A stretch of DNA of 64,000 nt from Octopus vulgaris (taxonomy: Eukaryota), in NCBI GenBank assembly GCA_951406725.2, contig OX597833.1, positions 1,426,001-1,490,000 on the forward strand. Direction: 5' to 3'. Every line of letters begins with the position of its first letter. Position 1 is the first letter of the stretch. The translations under genes were made by a program, and so were the position numbers. The notes beneath the pieces are model-generated. The model saw only the letters and a program-made list of their open reading frames with translations, was not told the DNA's origin and searched no databases. Below are positions 41,470-57,440 of this stretch, in pieces.

Positions 41470-41835
41470 GGAGGCGCAATGGCCCTGTGGTTAGGGCAGC
41501 GGACTCGCGGTTTCGACTCCCAGACAAGGCGTTGTGAGTATTTATTGAGGGAAAACACCTAAAGCTCCACGAGGCTCCGGCAGGGGATGGTGGTGATCCC
41601 TGCTGTACTCTTTCACCACAACTTTCTCTCACTCTTACTTCCTGTTTCTGTTGTACCTGTATTTCAAGTGGCCGGCCTTGTCACTCTCTGTGTCACGCTG
41701 AATATCCCCGAGAACTACGTTAAGGGTACTCATGTCTGTGGAGTGCTCAGCCACTTACACGTTAATTTCACGAGCAGGCTGTTCCGTTGATTCGGATCAA
41801 CCGGAGCACTCGTCGTCGTAACCGACGGAGTGCTT
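41470..41835 (+). mobile_element. SINE family C variant, full length
   Basis: GGAGGCGCAATGGCCCTGTGGTTAGGGC head, tail GTCGTCGTAACCGACGGAGTGC. Confidence 0.88.
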
Positions 41836-42299
41836 CCATCCATCCGTGTGTGTGTTTGTCTATTTGTGTGTGCATTTGTGTGTTCATGTAAGTCGTGTGT
41901 GTACACTTTATGTTTATACCTTTTCTTCAAATTTGGTTTCCCCCCCTTTACCTGTTCAAATTTCGGTGATCAATTTTGTATCAAGTGCAATAAGGCTAGA
42001 TTTTTGAAAACATTTTCTTCTACGATGACTTTCCTGCATTGTTTCTCTCTATAGGTATATCTGCGTAGAAATTTTCCCCATTCTCGTAATTGGATTTTAT
42101 GTAAATCATGAGTCTAACCAACCTCGCATACTATTCCCTACCGATACTTCGTATGCAGCAACATTCAACGGAGATACATACGGCAAGGTCTTACCACTGA
42201 TCCCATAACTCTTTTAAATACGTGTAAAATCTTGTAAAGACCACAACTTAACCTCGTGATAACAATAAAAAAAGAAAGAGGATTAGAGAATATACTCGG

Positions 42300-42755
42300 A
42301 GTCTGTCGATTATGAGGGCGATTATTCCAGTTGATCAAATCAAGGGAACAGACTGCTCGAGAAATTAATGTGCAAGTGGTTGAGCACTCCACAAACACGC
42401 GTTCCTTTCACAAAGTTTTGTGGGAGACTCAGTGTGACAGGGCTGACCCTTTGAATTACAAGTACTGCTCATTTTTGAGTGGTACTTGTAATTGTATATA
42501 TATATACATACATTTACATACATATATATACACATATATATATATATATATGTGTATATATATATATACATATTATATATGTATATATATATACAAACAC
42601 ATATATATATATGTGTATATATACATATTATATATGTATATATATATATACACACATATATATATGTGTATATATATACATATTATATATGTATATATAT
42701 ACACACATATATATATATATGTATATATGTATATATATATTATATATGTATATAC

Positions 42756-42810
<55 letters not shown>

Positions 42811-42908
42811 TATATACTTTGCAGAGGTCTCTCAGCAGGTATCACAACCCGTCGCCAGGAATTGAACTCACGGCCTTACGATCATGAGCCGTTGACTATT
42901 ACTAAACC
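42300..42908 (-). mobile_element. Old SINE family C copy split by a (TA)n-rich tract
   Basis: Tail at 42300-42482, head at about 42845-42908. Confidence 0.7.
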
Positions 42909-42909
42909 A

Positions 42910-42944
<35 letters not shown>

Positions 42945-43406
42945 GCATACTTACATACATACGCCCACACTCACACACACACACACACACACACATATGC
43001 TTTGTCATGGAAACTAATGGTTCAATGAATATACCGTGTGTATCTTCTTTCTCCTTAACGTTTCTCTCTTCATTATTCCGATTACCGCTTGTTTTGTTTG
43101 CTGCTCAGACAGAATGCTTTTGCAGGCACATCGTCCATTTTCACGTTCTTAGTTCAAATTATGCCGATTCGACTTTGTTTTGCATTATTTCAGGGTCGAT
43201 AAATTAAATAAGTAGGTTGATGAATAAGTATCTGGACTGTTGCCATAGTAATGAGGCTAAAGCACGCAGAGTAGAGTTGCTTGGCACACATTGACATTAA
43301 ACAGTGTTGTTCATGCGGTTTAAGTTTTAACGTTGTGATACCTCCACATTTTACAGCAGTGCTTGGAAGGAACGTGTGTAGCGTGTGATTGTCTCATTGA
43401 CAAGGC

Positions 43407-43469
<63 letters not shown>

Positions 43470-43470
<1 letters not shown>

Positions 43471-43715
43471 CAATTGAAGCGTGGAAGGTGTATGTAAGCC
43501 ATTTAAGAAACACACAAAAGCCGTTCGATTCACTTCAACATTTAAGTTTAATTTTTCAAAATATTTTCGTCGCTATAAGACCGCGACCTGTTCACTGACA
43601 AAACTCCATGCTGCATCTGAGTTTCTTAAATGGCTTACGAACACCTTCCACGCTGCAATTGTTTTCGTTTCAGCACACGATCTCAGATCAAATCACTTGC
43701 TATGCAAGTACATCT

Positions 43716-43718
<3 letters not shown>
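43470..43718. mobile_element. Penelope-like pLTR mini-element with inverted ends inside (TA)n
   Basis: Inverted repeat 43471-43511 / 43621-43661, homologous to 3708-4339. Confidence 0.75.
43553..43601 (-). ncRNA. Hammerhead motif with G3:C8 swapped core
   Basis: TTGTCA-GTGAACA-G-GTCGC ggtcttata GCGAC-GAAA-ATAT-TT-TGAAAA. Confidence 0.6.
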
Positions 43719-43792
<74 letters not shown>

Positions 43793-43820
43793 AGTATTGT
43801 GGTTTAGTTCACAGGTGATG

Positions 43821-43856
<36 letters not shown>

Positions 43857-44518
43857 ATATGTATGTATATATATATCTATGTATGTACATGTATATACAG
43901 ATGTGCGTTTGAGTGTGCGTGTGTGTTTGTATATATATATATATATATTTATATACACACATATGTGTGTACATATATATGTGTGTTTATATATATATAT
44001 ACATATATTTATATACACGCATATGTGTGTACATATGTGTGTGTGTACGTATGTGTGTGTGTGTATAAGGCAAGCGAGTATTTTAGTTTAGTACACAATA
44101 GCAGAAACTGCATTATTGATGCTGTTTGCACTGAGAATCGAAGTCAGAGTTCACAGCAAATATACAAGCCATAGAAATAATTACAAAAACGCACTAATTA
44201 AAACATCTTAATTGCATAATTCACATAAGCTTAATTATTAGTTATTGTTCTCAGATATTCAACTGCTACTCACGAAGGAGTGGGGGGGGGGGGTAACTAG
44301 ACGTTTCCAAAAGGAAGCGTGTTATTGAGTACATTAGATTCTGGTAGCGTCTGTAGCTTCGGCAGTGCTGCTGTCTTCACCGATGTGGCTACACTAGCGT
44401 TCTATTGATGAGGCTGTAACGACAGTTGCCAAGGATGATCATTATTGAATACGGTTGTTTTGTGTTGTGTTTGTAGACCTTGTTTTCAATACGGCTGTAT
44501 ATATATATGTATATATAT

Positions 44519-44557
<39 letters not shown>

Positions 44558-44572
44558 GTATATATAAATATA

Positions 44573-44620
<48 letters not shown>

Positions 44621-44699
44621 AATATATATACATATATATTTTAAATCGATGTTGCATTTCCTTATATATTCCATATATATATACGATATATATATAATA

Positions 44700-44791
<92 letters not shown>

Positions 44792-44994
44792 TTTGCAGAG
44801 GTCTCTCAGCAGGTATCACAACCCGTCGCCAGGAATTGAACTCACGGCCTTACGATCATGAGCCGTTGAACTAACTACTAAATCATACATATATATACAT
44901 TTATTAGTACCGTTTCAAGGTTAGATGATGTTTTCGATAACAACATGAATGCTAATACTACACTGGTTTCTACTGGTGTACGTTTTTTCTGTCA

Positions 44995-45199
44995 TTTTTT
45001 TTACTGGTTTCAGTCATTTTGACTGTGGCCATGCTGGAGCACCGCATTTAGTCGAGCAAATCGACCACAGGACTTATTCTTTGTAAGCCTAGTACTTATT
45101 TTATCAGTCACTTTTGCCGAACCGCTACGTTATGGGAACGTAAACACACCACCATCGGTTGTCAAGCGATGTTGGGGGACAAACACAGACACACAAACG

Positions 45200-45269
<70 letters not shown>

Positions 45270-45433
45270 CGACGGGCTTCTTCCAGTTTCCGTCCACCAA
45301 ATCCACTCACAAGGCTTTGGTCGGCCCGAGGCTATAATTGAAGACACCTGCCCAAGGTGCCACGCAGTGGGACCGAACCCAGAACCATGTGATTGGTAAG
45401 CAAGCTACTTACCACACAGCCACGCCTACGCCT
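44995..45433 (-). mobile_element. SINE family A, full length
   Basis: Reverse complement of the family A consensus. Confidence 0.9.
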
Positions 45434-45584
45434 ACTGTTGTTATTGCTTGCTTTTGGTGTAGATGCAGTTTCCTTTTAAGTTCAAGTTCTTAGTGACGGA
45501 TTTATTTAAGCAGGAATAATTCTATCATAGATTAACCTAAGCCTATAACTAATAAAAAATGCAATTACAATCTGTTGTTACCTA

Positions 45585-45848
45585 CATTCCGAAAAGCTCT
45601 ACCTGCGACGATTTCATCTCAATCGAAGGAGAGGAGCTTTCTCCGTCCGGGTTGCGGATCCGTGGAACAAGCTGCCAGACGAGATGGTGAAGATGCCGAC
45701 GACCGCTTTGTTCAAAGCCTCCCTGGACCTCAAGTGGCCTGAACTCTTCACATGAACACCACCCTGTACTTAACTCCATGTCCCCCTACACGGCCTTGCT
45801 ATTTGCTTTTGAGCCAAATTAACTAACTAACTAACTAACTAACTACTA
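45585..45848 (+). mobile_element. 5'-truncated CR1/L2-group LINE 3' end
   Basis: Open frame HSEKLYLRRFHLNRRRGAFSVRVADPWNKLPDEMVKMPTTALFKASLDLKWPELFT* (stop 45753-45755) carries the FSxRV..WNxLP..FK..LD motif. Short 3'UTR and (AACT)n tail follow. Confidence 0.88.
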
Positions 45849-46446
45849 AGCCAATAAAACGACATCTCAGATTTTCGGTGAAGACGAAGCTAAGTGAAGC
45901 CTCCTTGTAGGAGTCTAAGAGAAAAAAGAACCCAGTTAAAATCTACCGGCAACTAGAAGGAACACTTCTGTGCTCTCTCAACAAATGCGAAGAGTGTGGT
46001 CAAACAGTAAAACTTTAAAAAATAGACAAAATCAGACAAATATCAGAGATGCCTGGGGATGAACATTACCCGTATCCTGGTGAAAAGATGCGTGCCACCG
46101 GGTTTGACAGCCGCAATGTAATACTTGAATGGCTGTTACACCAGCAAATCGACCCCAGAACTTATTCTTTGTAAGCCTAGTACTTATTCTATCTGTCTCT
46201 TATGACCAACCGCTAGCCTACGGGGGCGTAAACACGCCAACATCGGTTGTCAAGGAATGGTGGCGGGACAAACACAAGCACACAAATGTATACATACATG
46301 CAGATACACATACATACATAAACACACACATATATACGATCGGCTTCTATCGGTTTCAGTCTTACAAGGCTTAGGTCGACGCAAGGCTATAGCAGAAGAC
46401 ACTTACCGAAGCTGACCCCGGAACCTTGTGGCTGGAAAGAAACCTT

Positions 46447-46532
<86 letters not shown>

Positions 46533-46814
46533 TAACAGTGAAGAAGTTTCAATGAAAATAATAATGCAATACGAAAGTATTGCTTTCCAGTAAAAGATAG
46601 CCCGTAAGGGTAAAATTATACATATAAAAGTAAATAAATGGCACAACGAAGTACCGACATTTACTGGGAAATAGCAATCGTAATAAATCGACGCTATTGT
46701 ATAGCTTCACTGCGTATATACTAGCAAAGACGTGTGTGTGTGCAACAAACATGAAAAAAATTTGTCTTACCTCTAGGAAGAACATCTGAAAAATGAAAAA
46801 CCTAGAAACGGATA

Positions 46815-46885
46815 ATGCAGGACCGGTTTCAGACTCTTCAAATACGTTTGACAACGTAGATTTGATTTGCCTTCATCAGCTGCAT
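46815..46885 (-). ncRNA. Type I hammerhead ribozyme, intact canonical core
   Basis: ATGCAG-CTGATGA-AGGC..(TCAAAT cTACGTT gtca AACGTA TTTGA)..GTCT-GAAA-CCGG-TC-CTGCAT, with stem III palindrome ACCGGT. Confidence 0.88.
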
Positions 46886-47302
46886 ATACCTGGACAAAAT
46901 TTCATATGTTGCCACTTCTATGCCAGTACACTCGTCTGAACGCCAAAACGTTAACAGAACGAGAACAGTGAAGAAAGCTTCAATGATATATTCTATAGAT
47001 ATATTATATCTATGCATATGTATATTTATGTGTGTTTGTGTATGTATGTATACATGTATGCATGTATTTTTGTGCGAGTATATATGTATATACACATCCT
47101 GCACTATATATTATGAGTAAGAGAGAAAAGTCAAGGAAGATCGATAAAAAACGAATTGTAATTCTGTCTACTTAAGAGTGTGCCTGTATATACATAGATG
47201 TAAATGTGTCTATATACACCTTAGGTACGTATACGTACACGCAGAGGAGCACATGAACACATGAACACCTATACGTGCATACACAAACACATACATACTT
47301 AC

Positions 47303-47333
<31 letters not shown>

Positions 47334-47410
47334 TCCTTAATTACATCTCTATGCATATCTGTGTATGCAAGTATATGTATGTATATATGTATTTATGTAT
47401 GTATATTATG

Positions 47411-47460
<50 letters not shown>

Positions 47461-48018
47461 TGTATGTATTTATGTATGTATGTATGTATGTATGTATGTA
47501 TTTATGTATGTATCTATGTATGTATGTATGTATGTATGTATGTACGTATGTATGTATGACTATATGTGGGTATGCTCATGATATATGTCCGTGTGCACGA
47601 GGTGTGTCTGAATCAATTTCTGTTTCTATTCCGGTAATTCCGTTTCAATTAATACTTGAATATTTCTTTAATTAAATCCTCTACATTTATTCATTATTCA
47701 TTATTCACTTCCTCACTCAGATTAAAACTGGCGAAAGTAGAATATTTACTTTTTGATGTTTCGTGTGTTGTTGTTGTCGATGTTCAAGTCGCTGTATGTG
47801 ATACCATTGTTATTGTGCTAATTGTTCCGCCCAGTTTTTCCCTGTATTTTATAACCGTTTGTGGTACGGTAGTTATATTGTTGTTTGTTATTGTCTTTAA
47901 TTTACACTTTTTACTTTTCTAATTATTCTCCAAGCTTGTTCATTATTAGCAATGGATAGCATACACTCACACAAACACACATAAAGTATCTAAACATGTG
48001 TACATATATAAGTGTATA

Positions 48019-48104
<86 letters not shown>

Positions 48105-48110
48105 TATATA

Positions 48111-48154
<44 letters not shown>

Positions 48155-48155
<1 letters not shown>

Positions 48156-48545
48156 TCTTTTATTTGTTTCAGTCATTTGGACTGCACCCATGCAGAAGCA
48201 CCACCTTTAGTCGAGCAAATCGACCCTAGGACTCATTCTTTGTGAGTCTAGTACTTGTTCTATCGGTCACTTATGCCGAACCGCTAAGTTACGGGGACGA
48301 AAACACACCAGCATCGGTTGTCAAGCGATGTTGGGAGGACAAACAGACACACAAACACATACACACACATACATATATATATATAAACATATATACGACG
48401 GGCTCCTTTCAGTTTCCGTCTACCAAATCCACTCACAAGGCTTTGGTCGGCCCAAGTCTCTAGTAGAAGACACTTGCCCAAGGTGACTGAACCCTGAACC
48501 ATGTGGTCGGTAAACAAGCTACTTACCACACAGCCACACCTATGC

Positions 48546-48547
<2 letters not shown>
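48155..48547 (-). mobile_element. SINE family A
   Basis: Reverse complement of the family A consensus. Confidence 0.88.
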
Positions 48548-48578
<31 letters not shown>

Positions 48579-48594
48579 CATACATATATCGTGG

Positions 48595-48830
48595 CTCTCC
48601 GTCGGTTGCGACGACGAGGGTTCCAGTTGGTCCGATCGACGGAACAGCCTGCTCGTGAAATTAACTTGTAAGTGGCTGAGCACTCCACAGACACGTGTAC
48701 ACTTAACGTAGTTCTCAGGGAGATTCAGCGTGACACAAAGCCGGCCCTTTGAAATATAGGTACCACTCATTTTACCCAGGTGAGTGGGCTGGAGCAACGC
48801 TAAATAAAGTGTCTTGCTCAAGGACGCAAC
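48595..48830 (-). mobile_element. SINE family C, 5'-truncated
   Basis: Matches 7387-7635. Confidence 0.85.
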
Positions 48831-48918
48831 TCGTCGCCGACGCAGCTTATTTCCGGCAACAGAGAGGATGCCGGTAAAACCTCGAACAAATTTATCAAAA
48901 TTCATTTAAACATGATAA

Positions 48919-49360
48919 ATAATATTAGGGTAATAAGAATTATAGAAATTTCTACTACCAGTGGCCTAGCGGATTTGAAAAGTTAGAATATACAAATAAT
49001 GAGTTTACATGCGGAATCGATCACGTTGTGTGTATATTTAAAATTTAAAGGCCACCTACTGATGAAGACTGGCCTCAGTAAATCTTCTTTTACTGAAATA
49101 AGTCAGAAACCATGGTCTAAGAACTAAATTAGATGATAAATGTTTTTAATTTTCATTATCTTCGAGAATTTATCCCTAATTAGTGGTTTAAGTTGTTTAC
49201 TGCTCTTTCTAGCGCAAGGCATTCCTATGATGGAAGCCTCTTAATATGTTTTAATGTACACGATATTTTATATGAATAATATATAGTCTATTGACTAAAT
49301 TTTTTTGCGCTAGGCCAGTGGTAGTAGAAATTTCTATAATTCTTATTACATTAATATTAT
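48919..49360 (+). mobile_element. Family H1 mini-element with about 53-bp inverted termini
   Basis: Inverted repeat 48919-48971 / 49308-49360, internal HHR, and a TTTACTGCTCTTTCTAG motif. Confidence 0.75.
49055..49121 (+). ncRNA. Type I hammerhead ribozyme, canonical core
   Basis: CCTA-CTGATGA-A-GACT..(TCAGTAAA/TTTACTGA)..AGTC-A-GAAA-CCATGG-TC-TAAG, palindrome ACCATGGT, one stem I mismatch. Confidence 0.72.
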
Positions 49361-49554
49361 ATATATATATATATACTGACGTTCAGTTTTTGAATTTCTG
49401 AATTTTAGTTTTCCCTTGAAATTTCTCTTTTTTAAAGTAAGTTTTTCTGTTGTTTACAGTTTTTTCAATTGTGAAGTTTGTATACATTGGCAGGTACGCA
49501 CCTACTTAATTTTATTTTATAGTGCAATTTAAATGTGTAGTGGCAATGAAAGGC

Positions 49555-49965
49555 ATGTTTGCATATTTGGACAGTCAGGAAGAAAAGAAAGATAAATATT
49601 TTCACACAAAATTGAAGATATTAAAGTTTTAAAATTTTCTAGAGATGTTCGTTTGTATGTTAGATCAGAGAAGACTGTAGCGTTTTTGCATTAAAAAGGA
49701 TGTTTACATTTTCGAATATTCAGAGAGAAAGGAAATAAAAGAAAAAAAGGTTAAAATTTTCCCAGAAAATTTAGATATTAATGTTTTAAAATTTATTAAA
49801 GATGATTTTTTTGTTTGTCCGAACAGAGAAAACTGCAGTGTTCTTAGAATGAAAATGTTGTTTACATTATCGAATACTCAGGTAGAAAGGACAGGTTAGT
49901 TGTTCAGAAAGGTAGTAGATATTAACACTTTTAAAGCTGATCGTTTGTGTGACGAAAATTGCAGA
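49555..49965. repeat. Old degenerate tandem repeat of about 150-158 bp (roughly 2.7 units)
   Basis: AGATATTAA at about 49616, 49773 and 49917. TGTTTACATT..CGAATA.TCAG..AGAAAGGA at 49701 and 49859. Confidence 0.75.
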
Positions 49966-49977
49966 TATGTAAGTTTA

Positions 49978-50188
49978 TTCTTTTACTTGTTTCAGTCATT
50001 TGACTGCGGTCATGCTGGAGCACCGTCTTTAATCGAGCAAATCTACCCCAGAGCTTATTCTTTGTATTCCTAGTACTTATTCTACCGGTCTCTTTTGCGA
50101 ACAGCTAAGTTACGGGATGTAAACACACCAGCATCGGTTGTCAAGCGATGTTGGGGGGGGGGGCAAACACAGACACACACACATACGC

Positions 50189-50251
<63 letters not shown>

Positions 50252-50415
50252 CGACAGGCTTCTTCTAGTTTCCGTCTACCGAATCCACCCACAAGGATCT
50301 AATCGGCCCGAGTGTATAGTAGAAGACACTTGTCCAAGATGCCACACAGTGGGACTGAACCCAGGACCATGTGGTTGGTAAGAAAGCTACTTACCACACA
50401 GCAGCTCCTGCGCCC
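49978..50415 (-). mobile_element. SINE family A, full length
   Basis: Reverse complement of the family A consensus. Confidence 0.9.
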
Positions 50416-50534
50416 TTAACTTATTTTGAATGAAAGTCAAAATACAGGAAATTGTAGATATTCCAGGCTTCGAGAGTTATCTTTCATTTTTTTCTGTTGG
50501 GTTGTATTAATGTTTCTTTAAGTGTTTCTGTGTC

Positions 50535-51279
50535 TCCGGAAGCGGAGGCTCTAATCTATGTTACCAAAGAGCAAGCATTGAAAACTAATTACATCAAGTG
50601 TAGAACAAACAACACATCAGAAAGTATTAAGTGCAGAATTTTTAGACAAATTGGTGAAATCGTATGGCATATTACCAGTCAGTGTATGCCACTAGCCCAG
50701 AAAGAATATAAGAGACGTCATGAGAATATACAAAGGATTGTCCATTGGACACTTTGCAACAAGTATGGACTTGACAACAAAAGAGTGGTACGAACATAAA
50801 CCCGAAGGCATCACTGAAAATGATAATGCAACGATTCTATGAGATTTTATGATTCAGTGCAACCAAGAGATAGAGAATAGGAAACCAGACTTTGTGTTAA
50901 TTGAGGAAGAAAGCAAACTATGCTGGATCATAGATATAGCATGCCCAGCTGATAACAAGGTATGCAATAAGGAAGAGAGAAAAATCGATAGATATGACAG
51001 GTTAGCTTGGGAAGTTAAGCAGTTGTGGTCGATAAAAAAGGTGGCAGTAGTACCAATTCTTGTCTGAGCCATGGGAACAGCGAGCAAAAATCTTGAGAAA
51101 TACATAGAACAAATAGGGGCTCAAATAAGGATGGAGCACTTGCAGAAAACAGCAGTGCTTGGAACCGCTCGAATACTCCGCATAGTGCTCAAAAAATAAG
51201 GGGTGTTACCTTTTTTCATTGGTAGTGAACAGCTGACTCCGTAGTACATCTGCGTTAGAAGCTGTGCAAAGATAACAAC

Positions 51280-51365
<86 letters not shown>

Positions 51366-51390
51366 TAATAATAATAATATAATAATAATA
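50535..51390 (+). pseudogene. 3' part of an R4/Dong-clade RLE LINE (CCHC knuckle and restriction-like endonuclease) with (AAT)n tail
   Basis: CRI..GEIVWHITSQC.PLAQKEYKRRH and RKPDFVLI..IIDIACP..K..Y..L motifs, with frameshifts and stops. Confidence 0.9.
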
Positions 51391-54255
<2,865 letters not shown>

Positions 54256-54741
54256 TAGCAATAACAACAACAATAATAGCCTTCGCAGGAGTTTTCAAGC
54301 ATGACCAGTGTCATTTTGGTCTGCTGGCTGTGAACAGCAGACATTTTTCATCATACCTAGCAAAATATACTGTGATTTTCCATCACATCATAATAAGAAT
54401 AAAGATAGATATGATGGTGAAGGGGTATGTGTTTATAATCTGACAACGACAAGGACTCCTGTGTCGTAAATATACATCGTTGACGCTGTTAATGGCGGAT
54501 TTAGAAGCAACGAAATAGAAACCTCAACAATAAAGGACAATCGCATCACCATTAACATCAAGAGAAACAATAAGAGAAAACAAAACATCGACAAGTGGCA
54601 ACACAAGAAATAATAATAATAAAAAAACGAAAAGAAAATATAATACAATGGAAGCTGGAATAATTTAAAATGTTAAGAACGACAAGTTCAAAAGCAAAGA
54701 AGTTGAGAATGTCAACGAAAAGTCGAACGAAGCAAGTAGCG

Positions 54742-54845
54742 CCATCATCATCGATATCATCATCATCATCATCATCACCATCATCACCATCATCACCATC
54801 ATCATCATCATCATCATCACCATCACCATCATCATCATCATCATC

Positions 54846-54876
<31 letters not shown>

Positions 54877-54883
54877 TTATCAA

Positions 54884-54915
<32 letters not shown>

Positions 54916-54929
54916 GCATCATTACCATC

Positions 54930-54980
<51 letters not shown>

Positions 54981-55087
54981 GTCGTCGTCGTCATCATCAT
55001 CATCGTCGTCGTCGTCATCATCATCATCATCACCATCATCATCATCGTCGTCATCACCATCATCATCATCATCATCACCATCATCAC

Positions 55088-55119
<32 letters not shown>

Positions 55120-55144
55120 CCATCATCATCGTCGTCGTCATCAC

Positions 55145-55175
<31 letters not shown>

Positions 55176-55239
55176 GTCGTCGTCGTCGTCATCATCATCA
55201 TCATCATCATCATCATCGTCGTCGTCATCATCGTCGTCG

Positions 55240-55271
<32 letters not shown>

Positions 55272-55324
55272 GTCGTCGTCGTCGTCGTCATCATCATCAT
55301 CATCATCATCGTCGTCGTCATCAC

Positions 55325-55355
<31 letters not shown>

Positions 55356-55356
55356 G

Positions 55357-55394
<38 letters not shown>

Positions 55395-55480
55395 GTCGTC
55401 ATCATCATCATCATCATCATCATCTTCATCACCAACATCGTTATCTACGTCGTCGTCGTCGTCGTCGTCAACGTCATCAT
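54742..55480. repeat. (CAT/CGT/CAC)n trinucleotide array
   Basis: Directly visible. Confidence 0.97.
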
Positions 55481-56690
55481 TAGCAAGAACAGCAGTGAAA
55501 CAAAAGAAAAAGCACAATAACACAAACAATACAATATGACGAGAATAAAAGAGCGGCAAATATCAATTACAACTATAACAACAACAACAACAACAACAAC
55601 AATAACAGCAACAACAACAATAATAACATCATGAATATTGATGAGAGCATCAACAAAAATAACGCAAACACCATTAAAAAATATCACTCATTTCAAAAAT
55701 ATACTTAAGATTGAGTAATGGGTTGGCATTCTTAAAAGGCCCCGATTCGTTCTCGCGAAATCGAGGCTCGCGCATAGAAACATACGAGAAGTGACGGGAA
55801 ATGTATGACAGTTTAACTATTAGTTGTATAGAAAATGAGACCTGAAGATTAGTCAAATTTATATACGTAACAACAATGATTATTTGATGGTTTTCCCAGC
55901 AGAGAAAATGATAAACATAAGGAAGAAAAGAGCGACAGACAACAGCTGAAGCGGCAGCAACGCGTGTAGGATATTGTTTTCAGAGGAGAAGCGGTTGCAA
56001 TCCAGAAGATAACAAAAGAAAAAAGAAAAAAATCCCCCAAAACTCGCCTTCTACTTGAGAGATATGAAGCTTTATCCCCGATGTACCACCAGTTTATTTT
56101 CCTACAGGGGAAGAGAGAACCGAGGCACGGATGCAGCAGAAAACTGCCCTAGCAGTTAAAAAGAAGGGGAAAATGCAAAAAATGAACTCGAACAAATTAT
56201 TTATAAAGGGCAAACTTTTGCAGCGATATGGGATTTGCTGTTCTGCAAATTGCATAAGAAGAGCTTCTATATATACCGAACATTGTGTGTGTACGAAGCA
56301 GAGAGGAACAATCTACCGATTGAGAAGTGACATTAAATATTTAAAAACTTTGAACGAAATTCTAGTAATAAAATCAATACCAGCGGTGTATGAAGAGCAA
56401 TGAGAACTAACTAGAAACTTGGAAGCATATCCCATTCACAACGGATAGCAGTTTTATTCGATAACCTAGCTGCAGTCATGGTGTACTTTACCCCCCGATA
56501 GGATTTCTAATCCTGTATTGTACCCGTGATAACTTTATCCGATTACATTTGTTTCGTTCTCATTTGATTATTCTCCAGTATAAACTGGCTCGTGTCATTT
56601 CGTATCACGCAATTAAAACGTTTCATTTCTATATTTTCCGTTCAGTCGATATATCTTACGTGTATTTATTCTATCGAAATTTCTCTCTCT

Positions 56691-56757
<67 letters not shown>

Positions 56758-56759
56758 AT

Positions 56760-57186
56760 CAATATAGGGTGGCAAAAAAATTTTGTAGAATCTTATTGCC
56801 ACCAGCGGCCTAGTGGGAAAAAATTAAATAGTCATAAACCATTTTTAAGTTCAACATCACAATCAAGGAACGGCCATAATAGGCCATTCACCCACTAGAA
56901 ATAACAGCCAAAAGCTTCAACCGCAAAATAACATCAATTCCGTAAACCAGGAGAAAATTAAAAAAAACATTTACCCTGTAATTTCTTATACGATGCACCG
57001 TTTCGTCTACTGTTTAATGGTAAACTAACCTGATTAAGAAACGGTGCATCGTATAAGAAATTACAGGGTAAATGTTTTTTTTAATTTTCTCCTGGTTTGC
57101 GGAATTAATGTTATTTTGCGGTTGAAGCTTTTGGCTGTTATTTCTAGTGGGTGAATGGCCTATTATGGCCGTTCCTTGATTGTGAT
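56760..57186 (-). mobile_element. Family H1 mini-element forming a 149-bp-arm palindrome
   Basis: Arms 56856-57004 / 57038-57186 (2 mismatches, 33-nt loop). Colinear with 39555-39790. Confidence 0.8.
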
Positions 57187-57405
57187 ATATATATATATAT
57201 ATACAACAATTTTGTGAGAAGGGGGTGAGTCAATTACATCAAGTCCAGTGTGAAACTTTTACTTCATTTATCGACCCCGAAAGGATGCATGGCAACGTCG
57301 ACTCTGGCGCTATTCGAACTATAGATCTTGCCCGGTGTTCTATCGATTCGACCAGATCACTGCCTTACTACTTCTACTACTACTACTACTACTACTACTA
57401 ACAAC

Positions 57406-57440
<35 letters not shown>

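Noticed and set aside
54558-55559. Asp-rich ORF with a signal-peptide-like start (biomineralisation-like protein)
   Set aside because: The hydrophobic start comes from T-rich low-complexity sequence and the body is an (ATG)n microsatellite open in several frames. It cannot be supported without expression data.
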